A program made the position numbers and the translations under genes. From NCBI GenBank assembly GCA_002633005.1, contig NMRA01000125.1:100970-164969 (forward strand): a DNA stretch of 64,000 nt, read 5' to 3'. The notes beneath the pieces are model-generated. The model made no database searches. It saw only the letters and a program-made list of their open reading frames with translations, and was not told the DNA's origin. The DNA comes from Phoronis australis (lineage: Eukaryota; Animalia; Phoronida). Below, piece by piece: positions 23,668 through 37,880 of the stretch (positions within the stretch are counted from its first letter, which is position 1; each line of letters opens with the position of its first letter).

Positions 23668-26600
23668 TTGCAGGACTGTGTTGTATTGACACACGAAACT
23701 CCTAAAAACACAAGATCACGAGATATCACTATGCATTAGAAGTGAAGCATGTGATTACACTACCCAGGGCTTGGAATGACCCATGACAAAAGAGGAAAAA
23801 TTTCCACGTCATGTATCGTTCCATAAATGAATAGGCTTATGTGATAGAATTTCTGTGTTGTAAAATTTAGCTGAAATAAATGTTTTTGCTGTTTGACTAA
23901 AGTCAAAATAATGATGAAAAAGTGACGGACAAAGAGGAAACTGGAAGTCAAATAAGAGGAAATAGAAACCAAAAAAGAGGAAATCCTCTTAAGAGGAAAA
24001 TTCCAAGCCCTGGCTACCTTTTCTTGTGTTCGACTTGTGTCTACGGAGCGCATACAAATTTACCTGGAGACCATAGTGAAAAGCACTAGATATTTGGAAG
24101 ATTACGGGTGTATTTTATTACAGTCAGTCGACCTTCATTGCAACAAAGACTCTCAGGAGTTTTCGTAATGTCGGTTGCAACAAAAATTTGACATAACCAA
24201 ATCGAATTGTATATAAGAGTCGAGTTTACTTGACACATGCTGAATGGACGAACATTGAAAATCAGGTTAGACTTTTTTCTTTAAATTATACTCACAAATG
24301 CAAAAGATACACCACCTGAACTAGTATGTGGCATACATTTGATGGGTTGAGCAGATCCTCTAGATTTCAGAATGCTCAAATTGAATTGGATTGAGACTTG
24401 GCGACAAGTCGGACCATAAAGTCCTGTTCTGTCAATTTTCTTTTATCAGTTACACAATGGTAACTCAATGTTTTGCTGTTTTACACAGAGAAATTAATAA
24501 CAGGTAAAATTGGATAAGATGGAGAATTTTCAGACATATGAAAATAAAATGCACCTTGGTGTTACAGGCAGTGATGAATATGGCGAGGTTTCTTCAATTT
24601 AGAATTGTACAGTGAAAAATCACTTTATCAAAATTTCAACAAACTAAAGTAAATAGGAAGAAAACTTTATTTCGTAACTTCAGAGTTTATATTGTACAAC
24701 TGCCATCAACAAACAATAAACGACACTCAAGAATGTTCAACAATTACATAGTTAGGTTTTGAAAGTTGAAAAATGATGATTTTGGCAACTATTCTTGTTC
24801 AAATCTTGGGATACTTTACCGTAATGTGAAAAGGTAAAAAATATAAGCCTTTTTGAAATATGTACACCAGCAAGACTCCCCGAACACTTGGTCTACGCAG
24901 CTGGTTTGCATGCATGCAAGTATGAAGTTGTCTTAATTGTGAGCAGTTCATAAGATGCAATTGGTTTTTGATCGTGTATAACATTTTTGTCAGATGTTTT
25001 CCTTGCTTTCTGATGCCACATGTTGGAGTTGTGGCATGTTTTTATATTTTTGTACTTTTAAAAATGTTTTAGCTTTATAAAAAANCTACAGGTGTGCATC
25101 AAGCTGTGCACAAAAGATGGGTGACTTTTTTGCAACGAGTTCTGCAAGATGCCATTTCCAACAAAATCCTATGAATGGATGCCTTTTCCCCACAAATGAG
25201 TTCCAACTGTGGGAGACTGCAAGAGTGCCATTTTCATACAAAAATATTTTGAAGTGATTCTGATATTTGTATTTTTTAGATCAAATGGGTCAACTAGCTA
25301 TACAACCCATACCTTTCGACTGACTTCCACATATATCAATACGACAACTTTATTCTTAAAACAGTTCAGTTGTCTTACATATTCATTTGGTGTTTCTACT
25401 CCATTTCCAAGCTATCAATATCACAGACATCTAACAAGAACAGAATCGTGCTGTGTCGCAGTGTTGCTTCCATTGTTTTAGTTCCAGTCAGACCACAAAC
25501 ACATGCCTGTATAAAAACACGTAATTTTGATTTGCAAATACTTTTTACTCACAAGTGAGACATGAGAAGAAAGCTATATACAACCAAACAACACAAAAGG
25601 CACCAAAAGAACAACATGAGTGTACTGGCAGTACATTGTCTGTGCTTGCATAGTTTAAGTGTATGGAAATGCTTTATCAATAACAAGTCTGGTCAGCATG
25701 CCACCTGTGACCACATCACATGACCTGATGTTGCCAACAGGTAGAGTACTGACCAGACTTAAAATGTTTGCGATACATATCTCCATGCCGGTTTCAGAAT
25801 TACATAATATTTATAATGTAAGATTAAGACCTGAACACAACAGAACATGGAGACACAACATACTGCTCAACATTCACAGGTAGGCGAACTTCTCCCTAGT
25901 CAACGGGCACTTCGCAAGAGCATGACAGGAAGGTCACAAATGTATAGTTGGGTAAGACACATAACAGCATGTGTGTTAAAAATGGAATTTCCAAAAACTT
26001 GAGGCTGTGTGCGGTAATTCAGACAAGTGCTGTAAAGCCCTACTTCACTAATTTCAGAATATCATACAGGTCAAGGTAAAATATACCAGGCTTCAATAAA
26101 ATTCAATTATTTTGACTTACTATCTTCAAAAAATCGTGATACAGGCAAAGGGATAGACTCACAACACAATTACAGTAAGAGAATCTAGCCAAGTGTAAAA
26201 AGAATACCTAAACAACATGGGTCACACAGCTGTGGCACCAGTAAACACGGCCCATCGACTCTTTGTTGCTCAATCACGTGTTTGTTATTGGACATGTGTG
26301 AGGATGCTTCTTGGCTGCATATTCAGTGTTGTAGACACAACTTTATCAGTCAATGAACAAAGTTAACAGGTTCATGAGCTGAGTTCATAAGTTCATGAGC
26401 CGTGTTCTTGAGTAGCTTGGTTAAGAAGTCACAACTATGGTAGTTTCATGGTTGTATTTCCTACATGCTCAAAGAGCCACACTTTAGTTCAGCTGTCCAT
26501 TACAATGGTTCACTTATTTCAGTTAATAAAATGTCATTCCAATTGACAACAGATTTAAAGGGAATCTCAAAGGGTTTCAGTGTCCTTTTTGGTTGAATTA

Positions 26601-28261
26601 TGGTTTTCTGCCTTTGACTTCCTCTTTATAGAATGACATTTTTCTATGCAAAATGACAGAATAGCTCCAGTACAAAATCAAGCAAAACATGAGAATTTAT
26701 CCACAACGCCACAGAAACTGAGGGGAAGCAGGTGAAGTGCAAGCACACGGACTCACTGTGTTAAACTTGAACCTTACATATCCAGCACTGTTACCTCACA
26801 AGATGTTTCATGTGGTTACAAAACCCCACTTGTGACCAGAATTCAGACAAAACTTTGACCATGAAATCCAAGGCGATTTAAGTACAACTCTGAATGCAAT
26901 AACCCCAACCCCCCTTCGTAACTAGGAAAATCTCTAAAAAGATGGAATCAAACTTGATTTTATACATTTTAATTACTATAAAGCTTCAACTATGAATCAA
27001 GAAAAATGGCTGCTGTTCATCCATGATTTTTGAAAAATGACATTTATGCACCAAAAAAAAATGCTCATCCTTACAATGAAAGTCTTTAAAAATATTTTAA
27101 GGCTAAAATGAAATTCAAGGACTTGTCAAAGGCCAAGGCTTAAAATTCAAGGGCTTTTCAAAACGAACCATGTTTATGGTTGAACGATCATGTCTCGCAC
27201 TGATGTACATTTGAAATGATTGATTTTTCCAGAAAGCATGTAAATTTGTCTGCAAGAAGCAACGATAAATCTGCAACTCATCAGCATATTGGCAACGAGA
27301 CGAATGACAATTTGTCTAGCTGACAACTTCCCATAAATCTGGGAACTGTTCGATGTAAACCGGCTCAGCTTAGAAAATCTTGAACAACTTCATTCAAGTT
27401 AAAACATTGGCTTAATTCCGTAAGTCACTTTAAGTTTCAGATTTGTCTCAAGTACATCTTACCAGAACTTTCTGCAGACAAGCCGATCGTTATACAGATA
27501 AAACCTAATATGCTTTCTCTCAAAAAAGTCATGATACAAGTAATTATCCACGATGAAATTGGGTCACAAATTGTTGCATAGCTTAATCAAATTAGAGGTC
27601 ACATGAAGGTCAAGGGCAGTCAGCTCTCATTGAGCCCAGAGATCATGTCTAAACCAAGTAAGGAACAAGACCAAGATGATCACGACCAATTTTACAACAG
27701 TAGGTAGTCTAAATGAAAACAAGTTTCCTGTAACGGGCCTCTGCACCCTGAGATGTGCACGCATCAGCCTTCATTCACAAGATGAACACCTGGTTATAAA
27801 TCCAGCGTAGTTACGGTGCAACGATAAATTATCTAACATCACAGCCGGAGACCTGCGGAGTTTGCGTAGAGAAAGATTCTTGAGCGCAAGACCAAGATCG
27901 TGCCTGAAAGTCAAGTGTTTCACAAAGTAAGCAAAATGGACACCACTGAAGTGATTGGTCGGCAATAGTGGATTGTTGATTTATGGGAAAAAATTCATGG
28001 TTTCCGTTCCATTGGTCAAGATGTCTCGCCGTGAGCACCTCACAAGAGTGCAGCATATTTTGAAATTCAGCCCTTACTTGGAGATGAGCCTATTAGCTCA
28101 ATCGAATAGCAAGACCATCAGAATACCCAACTGAACATGGCTTCAGGCACCTGATTTTTGGCTCTTTAAACTTGAACACTTTCTGGACAAATCCGGTAGG
28201 AGACAAGAGCTCTACCTGGATAACAGAACCTGGGGCTATCTCCTGAACTTCCACAGCCCCG

Positions 28262-28438
28262 CTACTCGCAAACTGACGTGTTCTCTTTGTCTTCGTCGTT
28301 TGCTGACATTGCGCTGCTGTCATCGAAGCACTGCTTGGAGTCGTCACGCACTATCGAACTTTCGTTGTGATCATCATCGTCTTCGTCGTCCTCGACTTCT
28401 GTCAAGAACAGGCGGACACGACGCCGCGACGAGGCAAC
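28262..28438 (-). CDS. ANAPC4: Anaphase-promoting complex subunit 4, last coding exon
   Basis: tag|VASSRRRVRLFLTEVEDDEDDDDHNESS...DKENTSVCE*. Matches the APC4 C-terminus as recalled (LSSNLRHVRVFEMDIDDE plus acidic tail). Confidence 0.85.
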   Translation of the reverse strand, partial: VASSRRRVRLFLTEVEDDEDDDDHNESSIVRDDSKQCFDDSSAMSANDEDKENTSVCE

Positions 28439-28449
28439 CTATGGGGAAT

Positions 28450-28490
28450 ATGATAACAATAACAACAACAACAACAACAACAACAACGTT
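28450..28490. repeat. (ACA)n microsatellite next to the ANAPC4 last splice acceptor
   Basis: Directly visible. Confidence 0.9.
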
Positions 28491-29870
28491 ACCAGTGATA
28501 TGACAATAACAGCGTATCAAAAGTTGCAATCATCAAAACTAACTGAACACTCTACAGAGCTCGGTATTAATGACCATCTGATTGTTCAGGACAGTTAGGT
28601 GTGGACAAGCAGAATTTTCAAGACGACTTTAAATTTGTCATAGTCCTGCACTAAAGTTAATCATATCTTAAATGCAAGCACCAAGTATTTTCTATACCCG
28701 CTTTGCCACATATAAGGTGTCAAAAACTTCAAACCAGTGACTAATACTTGGGAGTTGCCGGGGAATATTTGTCCAACGTCAATCAGATCAATATCATATT
28801 ATGGAACTAGCTAGATTTAGCACTCGGATACATGGTAGCCGCCGGTCGATCACATTAAAACAACTACGATTAAAACACAAAAAAGTTTCACAAAGCAAAA
28901 CAAGTTAACGAACTGAAGTACATGATTTGTTAACAATAATTGCAATGAATTTTAAAGTTTTTTTTAAGTCCGCAAATCCTATTATGACATTGACATCATA
29001 TGGCGTTTTTTTACCATTCGTCTGCACTCTACGTGAAATGTCTTCGAGTTACATCACAAAATATTTTAAATCATGTTGACGATCCTGCCAATGATACAAA
29101 ATCTAATGAGTCCTCAGCTTGAGAAAATGCAAAACAAGACAAGAGGAATGAAGCAGCGCAGTTAAAGATTTTAAAGGTTGGAAACATTCAAAATTGGTTT
29201 GTGTTGAAAGCTGGGACAATGTGTCTTAAGTGTGAGACAAATATGCTTCGTTTAAACAACAAAAAATAATTATTTATTATTTATAATTTTTGGACAAGCT
29301 CATTTCTTCTGAATCAGATAAGTTGAATTGAGGTAGACATGTCCAAAACGACAACCAGTTAAAAGGTTAATGTTGAGTCCCGCTCTATTCTACTAGTTTA
29401 GAGTAGACGACATTACGAAAGTTACGGTCACGTTTTACTTAGTTAGCATAAAGGCAATTGTCGAAATTGTTATTTGTTTTCCTCTTTTTTAATTGACGAT
29501 TTTCTTGCAGTCGATATTGAATCCGTGAACAAATGCACAGAGCAAACCAAGCTATTAACAGTCAGAAAATTTTTTTTTACTGTATCTTTGTTCAGAAATT
29601 TGACAAAATGAAATTTCACTAGTCAGCCATATTGCGAGAAGAATGTCAATAAGCAACATATTGTTCTATGTATATCCGGCTTGCCTCAAGCTTAGACTGA
29701 CATTTCAAAAACTAGACCAGGCCTACAAAGCATTTCCTACTTCTGCAATACAATGCAACTCAGGAACAGACTCTTCAGATATTCAAATACGCCGTTTCTA
29801 ATCTCAAAAACAGTGACCATAGCAAGATACGAGGTTCCATTCAAGTACATAAAATCAGAAGATTCCTCAC

Positions 29871-29979
29871 CACACATGCCACTTTGCGTGAGCCGCTGAC
29901 TGCCAAACTCTGTCCCTTCATATTGTCTAGCCTGTGAATGTTCTGCTGCTCGATATAAGGGCTGACATCAACATAGTTC
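29871..29979 (-). CDS. ANAPC4: ANAPC4 penultimate coding exon
   Basis: ttttcag|G NYVDVSPYIEQQNIHRLDNMKGQSLAVSGSRKVACV|gtgag. Compare human RLLESMKAQYVAGNGFRKVSCV as recalled. Confidence 0.9.
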
Positions 29980-32900
29980 CTGAAAATCATTGTAAAGGCA
30001 GTGCTGACATTCTGTTCATAGTATTGGATTCCTCCGTGTTAACACACATTTGGTTCAATACCAAGCCTAAAATTTTCAAATTTTCAACATTCAAGGTTAT
30101 GTACAGTACAAGCCACAAGTATTCCAACAAAATGACCCAGAATTCCCCATCAAGATGGCTGGGTGGAAGCCATATTGATTTTCAGTCAGTACCGTAGTCT
30201 TACCCATGATGGAGAATGAAAGGGAATAAGAGGTCAGTAAATTAAGTGGCTGAGCCATTCTGTAAGTAGAATTTTGCAACAAGAATTCTTATTACCAGTC
30301 CTGTTTGCTGTTAACAGAATTAGCCGTCATGATAGAAACGGTATTTAGTCTGCTTACTTCAAAATTTGTCTTGTACCGTAGGATTTTACCGACAAGTGTG
30401 TGTGTTTAGCCAAATACCTACAAAACTAGAGATTTTAATTCAATAAAAGTGCATAACATTCGAAAGTAGAAAGCCAGCATATTTTTGATTTTTAGACTTT
30501 TTACCAATCTGCCATTAAACGGGTCACGTGACCCTGTCACTTTGCCAAAATTAAGAAAAGAAGGACGTTAAATTCATAGCACAACAAGAGTATCAATAAC
30601 ACGACCAAATTTCATTTGACATAAATTTTCAGGATAAAATCTCAAAAAACGCTGTTACAATTTTCTTAATTATCAACTTCTGATTTTTTCTATGAAGAAA
30701 GTCCTACACAATTCCCCAAAACATGCTGTTAAACAGTGCATAAAGTACAGTATCTGAAATTTTCATATCAATCCGATCAGTCACTTTTGAAATAGGATGT
30801 TCCAAAGTTAGCCAAATTTTGATATTTTTCTAGGGATCGACATAACCTTAAATGCCTTTGCTTGGCTAAATCCAGTCCTAATTTAATATAATAACACCAC
30901 AAATAATTTAAAGTCCCACCTCACATACCTATGACTGCACATTATATAGTCGGAGACGACTTAGTATTGCAGGTGAAGGGAATTGTAACTCCCTGAGCAA
31001 CAAGTTCAACCGAATGTTGGGTGAATGTCCACAAACAGTAAAATCTCACTAGTTTAGGACACAATAATGGCGGACAAGTGAAATTTTATTTTCTCATTTG
31101 TTTCATAAAAGACATGCAGCTCCAAATGGACATTTTTCCATGTTCACATTCTGTATCACAGCTACCACCACGCAACATTTTCAAAATCTATGGGCACACA
31201 TTGTGAGAAGCATTTGAAGAGTGAAAAAGTGCAAAAGTTAGCGACTGTTTTTGTTCAAAATTGGTGGGACTCTACTGTACCCGTTTCGCAAAGAATTAGT
31301 TTTCAAACGCCCACACATAGCTTAATGCCCACCCCATATTTTCGAGTTTCACAATTCAGTAGTCCTGGGTGTCAACGCACACAAGTACAGTTTATGTTCA
31401 GCTGCTACTCCTACGGGTAATTTCAGATAAAACAACCATAATTAGGAATGGTTCATTACAGTATTGTTGTGTTGTTACACATTGACCGTTTCCAGAAGAC
31501 ATACAGTGCATGCCAAAAGTATTCAGACAAAAAGCCCCGTCATGACGACTGGGCAGAGTGGTTTTCTCTCGAGACCTACGGTAAAGTTGCGTGATTTTGT
31601 AGAATGAAGGAGAATTAAGAGGCAAGTTAATAAGGCGCCAATTGGCCACACTAACAGTTATTATCAGACATTTTTGCTCTTAACTAAATTAGTTGCTACG
31701 ATAGGGAAACGGTAATGTCTGATTACTTTTGTCTTGTACTGTACATGGCCTATTGATTACTTTTGTCTTGTACTGTACACGTTGACATGCACCCAAAGCA
31801 GAGGTTCAACAAAAGCAATAAAACAACAATCACTCAAGTGTGTAGTAATAAGAGGTTATCATCAAATGAAGAAATAGAAATGAAAAATGAACAATACCAA
31901 GGACGGTGAAAGGCCAAACACAAAATATTCCTTTAAATGACAGACATCATTATTTAACCTCATGATATACTTAATAAATAAATTATTAATCACTTCTGGA
32001 AACTCAGGTTGGGAGAAAAAAATTCATGGAGTTTCGAGAATTGATTGATATGAAACACACACATTAAATTATTCCTTTTAAGAAAACCAGAACATATCAA
32101 CAAACTTAGGGCACATTTAGGCACATTGTTGAGGAATTTTAGAACAGAAAGGAGAAATTCTAGTTTGTTAATTTTCTTAAATTGCATATAGACCCGCCTT
32201 CTACCTTTAAACAAAATAACTTTGACTTTGTGCATTTCTGACTACAAAACTGATATCAAGTTGTTCAGTTCCTTAGTCAGTTCAATTTCTGGGCAGTGAT
32301 GTCATCTTTTGTATTTATCTATATAATTATGAAACAAAATGTAAAAAACAAGTTCTTTACTTAGATTAACCCTGTACTTCCAAAAACCGTAGTTCACTGG
32401 ACACACCTTCCAAAAATATCAGGGGTTCGCTTAACTTCTTGGAGACCATGAAAATAGTTTGGAAATAATTACAAAAGCAAGGAATGATGCAAAACGTGTA
32501 TTGGAAACACGAGATAAACCTGACAGAACTTTCAACAATGCAAAATAGGAGAAGAATTTTCACTGTAGTTGTGTCAAATGATGCACAGTGTAACCAAGGG
32601 CAAACACTGCTTACTCAGAAGAGCAATGATTTGTGAGCTATTGATGATCTGACTGTTCAGTAGTACTGGGCACATAAAACAACCTGGCATGGCAAGTCAA
32701 GTTGTTTCCAAACCCAGGAATTATGCTGTAATCAAAGAATCAAGTTCAGACAAGTTGTATAACAAATGGTATGTGCTCTAAATAAAGTTATTTTTTGACA
32801 GATGGTGGGTTTATGAAATTGAATGTTTAAAATTAAACAAAAACTAGGAAATTTTAGTCTTGTCTTGTTTCAAAGACAAGTGCCGTAAAACAAACTTTCG

Positions 32901-33089
32901 GAGGATTTGTAGCGGCATTCTGTGCCTTTGAATAATGCGAAAATGGTAGCCCTGGAAGTGTGGAAAACTGAAAAAATTCACTGTGACGATAACAGAAATT
33001 CCTTCTTACCTTCTGCACAAAATGGAGCTAATACAAAAACACTGAAAGAATTCGCATCATACTTTTTACATTAGGCAAAGTCGACTTAC

Positions 33090-33260
33090 CATTGCACCAA
33101 GACAGTACTACTATCTAATGGCTGATAGACTTCCGTTGGGACTGAATGTAGAGGGACCTGCACCAACAGGGACTGTCCATCCTCTGTGTCCTCCATCAAC
33201 AGCACCGTCAGGGTGGAGTCATTATAGAAACTGAAGTCCAATATCTTGCACTGGCCACAC
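33090..33260 (-). CDS. ANAPC4: ANAPC4 coding exon (third from the 3' end)
   Basis: ttacag|G CGQCKILDFSFYNDSTLTVLLMEDTEDGQSLLVQVPL...TG|gtaagt. Compare human CLDAQFYDDETVTVVL...LLVQLPL as recalled. The phase-2 junction joins 29979 in frame. Confidence 0.9.
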
Positions 33261-33762
33261 CTGTAATGACCAAGATACGTGCAGCAACATTTATGCTCCA
33301 TAGAATTTGGGTTTAATTCAACTGAAATTGCCAGAAAGTTGCCAAAAATGTGCTGAAAGATACTGTAACCACAAAATGAGAAAATTAGACTTCGAAATAA
33401 AATACCACGGCATTACTAGAAAAGGAAGAAATGTGAGATTACTAAAGTCCTGTCCACACACACATGTACTATTAATTAGTATGACGGGATGTTAGCAACT
33501 GAACGTTTGTAGTTACGATTATTTAGTTGTTATTGTTCATTTATTCTTATGATAATGTATTTGTTGTGTTTCAGTGCGCCTTTGTTACGTGGGCATGAGG
33601 GCACTTTGCTAGCGACAGGCTACAGAGGGTGCGTTTCCTTCTTTCTTTGGCAACTATGGATTGAGCGGATGTAATTTGGAACTGTACTGTAATGTACATG
33701 TATGTGTAAGGTGAAATGCACATTTTGGAGTTCTTTGGAGATTTGATTTGTTGCACTAGGGN

Positions 33763-33908
33763 TAAGCGCCCATGTTCGGTTAACCGCCCATCCCCTACTT
33801 TAGGTGGATTTTCGATTTAACCGCCCACTGCTCGGTTAACCGCCCTCCCCCGATTTTTTGGGTTCGCCAATTTAACCGCCCAGGGCGTTAACTCGAACGA
33901 TTACGGTA
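33763..33908. mobile_element. Fragment or end of a Tigger/pogo-like MITE
   Basis: Repeated TTAACCGCCC motifs ending in GATTACGGTA, the reverse complement of the TACCGTA terminus type. Confidence 0.45.
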
Positions 33909-36900
33909 AGTTCCTAAACTATTACAGACTGGAAGCCTACTTTAGGAACCAATCAAGTTAGGTGTCTTGAGGGGAGCTACCTATTTCTTTGAATTACAGG
34001 AACTACAGGGAATGGGGAGTGCTTCCATGGGCACACATCATGTGTGGTGGACTGTGTCTTGTCGCCCCACCATGTTCGAATTGAAGCTTCTGAATTTTTT
34101 TCACGACACAAAAATTATTGTGAATATTGCCATTTTCCATGTCCAAGTCTCATGTAACTACATGATTGCTTATGCTCGACACTTAAGCAAAATATTTAGA
34201 GTTGTCAGCTACACAGCACAAACTACTTAACAAATACAGTATTATTGAGATTAATTTTCCTGGAGAAATTTGACAAGGTAAAACGTCACTCTTTGGCCAC
34301 ATTGTGAATTTGGGTGTCAATGACACTTCACAGTTGTGTACACATGAAAAACAAATTCGCCAGTGGAGTATTACCAGAAAAAACATGCAGACAAACAAAT
34401 TTGTCAGTGAATAGTACTAGAAACACACTTTGACAAATTATTCTGTGTATTACCAGAAACATGCAAGCAAATCTGTCAGTGTGTAATACCAGAAAAAAAT
34501 CTACATTATGTGGCCATTTTTTAAAAATGTGGCATGCATTTTCAGTGTCTGTTGTTGCTTACTTAAATGACAGTGTCAAGTAAAAACTAGGCTTCCAGGT
34601 CACAATGACACCTACATATGCAAAACATAAATTATAAATTATACGGTGATATATGAGCTTATATGATTCCCTCCAAACGTCTGCTCATTCCAAAAGTACG
34701 CCACGCATACGTTTGGGATGTTTGAAAGTTCAAAAAGCCCTTGAAATGCATCGAAAAGTTCACCTGGACAAATGATAATCTCCGCCATCTATTCAAAAAC
34801 CAATTTCCTAACATACAGACTGGAGCTAATTATCAGGAATTACTGGTAAAACACGGAAAGCTGAATGACAGAAAACGTTACATCAATGAGATCCCCTGTG
34901 AACAAATAACTTCAACCATTGCACAAGCTCACAGTCCTACAACACCCAAACACCAATCAGAATCATGCCATTTCCAACACTGAAAAGTAGCATATGTTAC
35001 CTTGACCATAGTCCAGGCACCTCAACACTTGGAGTGACATATGGGCCCAGTGGTAGGTATCTAGTTGACTAAACACTTGGCAATAAATGTGTCATAATTA
35101 CCCCATCATTCTTTTGATGGGCCATATCCAGAGCAGTGAGAATGTTTATCATTACATTGTTAGTGCAATTAGGGTGATTTCACTGGTCTTTTGTCACAGT
35201 TATATGTCTGGGGTGTCACTGATGAAAGTAAAATGACCTATTATGGTAATTCATACATTTACCAACACAAGGCAGCGCCAGTTTACAATTTCAGGGTGCT
35301 TTTCCTACTCAAGACTGAAACATCACAGAAAATTTTGTTTTGGTCACTTCAAGAAATCCAAAGCGCGACTCAAAATTTGCCAGCTCTATTAAATTAAATT
35401 AATTAATTAAACGAAACCAAATAAGAAACTGGAAAATAGTCCCATGCACAACAATCTTTACTGATATCTTTGTAATACAGTAAAAATTCTTCATTTTTGT
35501 TTTTAAAGGGTTGTCACTTTATTGCAAATGCTCATAATTGTATAAAACATTGTTTGAAGACACACACACACACACTGTTAAAACAATGACAAGAATGGAG
35601 CATGTCTTATTCTTAATAATCATTTTAAGGAGAAATTCAACAAAACAAAATTTCCCTTTTCCACTATATCATATCCCAAGAGTTTTTACCAAAACAACCT
35701 TTCCTAACAGTTACACTTTGTCTTTGAAATTACACATGGACAAACCCACTGCAAAATAATCAAGTTGACAGTAGTATTGGAAGTAATTAGTTGTCATGTT
35801 TTCAAAATGCAATAAAATTGTAAACAACTAAAACTAGAAACTCATTAACCCCGCAAGAACCTTGCATGCTTGCGACATCAAAAGACCTTTGAACCCAACT
35901 GAAAGTGAGTCTACAGGGAAACTCCGCATCAAAAATGAAACAAGAACAAAGTGTTCGACACTGACGACTGTCACAAAGCAAAAAATACAGAAAACATTGC
36001 CCATAAGTTTTGTAACCAATACTTGCTATACATGGCAAAAAATTGCAATGACAGCCGGCCCAACTCAATTGCTCTGGTGGTATTCCCGCAGGGCGAAGAT
36101 TAAGAACATCCTGGGTAGATGCTACAAGAATTACCAGCCAGGCTAATCTCTGGTTGGTCCCCAGGGGCATTAAGCAATATATCCCAGCAGGACATTTGTC
36201 ACAGAGTAAGACTTTTGTGTTAGAAGACCTTTCATGTCTACCTGGCCATGTGTGATAAGGAGATAAACCATCACCACTTTACTCCTGAAGTGAGTTGCCA
36301 CAGTTTTACACGTGCTGTTAAAGCAACTGAAACCATTTGTTAGCTTTTATAGCTTTATCAAATTAGAACTCAAAATACCACAGTGGGGGTGATCACGGAG
36401 ACCTAAATTGCTTAAAGAAACACGCACGTGCTTGATTTTTTAAAAAAATATTTTAAGCCAAATGCAGTGGCATCTTGACTGAAATACGATCAAATCTCAG
36501 GAATTTTGTACAAAAACAATTGCCAAAATTACCTTTTTCCGTTTTTAAGGTCTTCTAACAATGCTGTGAATGTCCACATTGTTTCACAACTTAAACATGG
36601 CAAAGCATTACTTTGGCGTTAAATATTTTTCATGAAAAATGGAGAAAATTTGTTTATTTATCTGCCATATTGTGTCATTTATTGGTGACATTCTACCATA
36701 CCCTACAGATTTGTTAACAAGGAAAGCATTTGATCAGAAAGACATTCATAAGGTAATCTAATTTTTAGCAGGCATGGCCTAGTAATCTTCTGTGGATAGA
36801 CATTATCGGTTTTACAGTCGAAAATAACAAACTTGTGGGATTATTGTTGGCTGCTATAAACTTCTTGAAGTTGTTAGCTGTGAAATTTACTTTGCTTCTT

Positions 36901-37650
36901 AGAGACATTGAAAAAAAATGAAAATTGGAAAATTTCACCAATTATTTTTTGTCCGAAATTTAAGAGACTTCAGTTCATGCTGAAGACCATAAAATATTAA
37001 AACTAAATTAGAGTTTGGAGACTAGATTTCACCCATAGCCTACAATTTAACAGATAAAGCACATTGCCACTTCAAATGCCAATAACTGTAGCACTGAAGA
37101 CATAGTACAAAACAATTGTAAGGATTGCTGTGAAAGGTACAACTATGGGATAGTGACAATGTCTCCTGTCAAGCTTACATGAAATGTAGATGTACAATCC
37201 ACTTGTAATCATGTTGAAGCTACTAATACCTTCATAGGAATGCACAAGCAGTCCACTAAAGGGGATCAACTTCAAATGGCATAATACTAAGGACCAAGTA
37301 AGGCAGCATTACAGTCATTGTCCTTTTAATGCCAACATAAAGAACACTTACATTGAAATGAACAAGATTTTGAAAACCTTCTGTTAATGGGTAACAGTCT
37401 AATCCAGGGCACAGCTTAAGGTGTCAATTTAGGGAGGTCACTGCTGTGTTGCCTTTACTGGTTACAATTGCCTCTCAGTGGTGTTCCCCATCTGGGAAAC
37501 ACTTCCAAGGCCACACACTTCAACATTCAAGAATACGCCAAACTCCAAACTCGTTTTCATTTTTCCGTGTTTCAAAGAACTGAGATAAGATATTTTTAAA
37601 ACCATGAGGTCAAATATTACTATTGTTGTTTGAACCTGGTCTGCTGGATT

Positions 37651-37880
37651 GTAAAAATTCTTCAGTTTGGGATACTAAATGGCGGACAGTTGAAATTCCG
37701 TCTAGTCAAATTTCGCAACAAAAATAATTTTCAGGAAATTTACTATGCTTTTAACATGGTTTGTATGGTGTAACTTTCAGAAAAAACAACATTTGGTAAA
37801 ATTTTGAGCCTTTGCAACGTGGTGAGCGTCTGAAACAATTTCAGCAATTAGTTTTGTTCCAAACTGAAGAATTTTTATAG
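37651..37880. mobile_element. MITE, CAGTAAAAATTCTT family copy
   Basis: GTAAAAATTCTTCAGTTTGG ... CCAAACTGAAGAATTTTTAT inverted ends, same size as 16723-16960. Confidence 0.75.

Noticed and set aside
28093-28347. 84-aa minus-strand ORF (MTTPSSAS...)
   Set aside because: Alternative frame overlapping the real ANAPC4 last exon and its 3' UTR.
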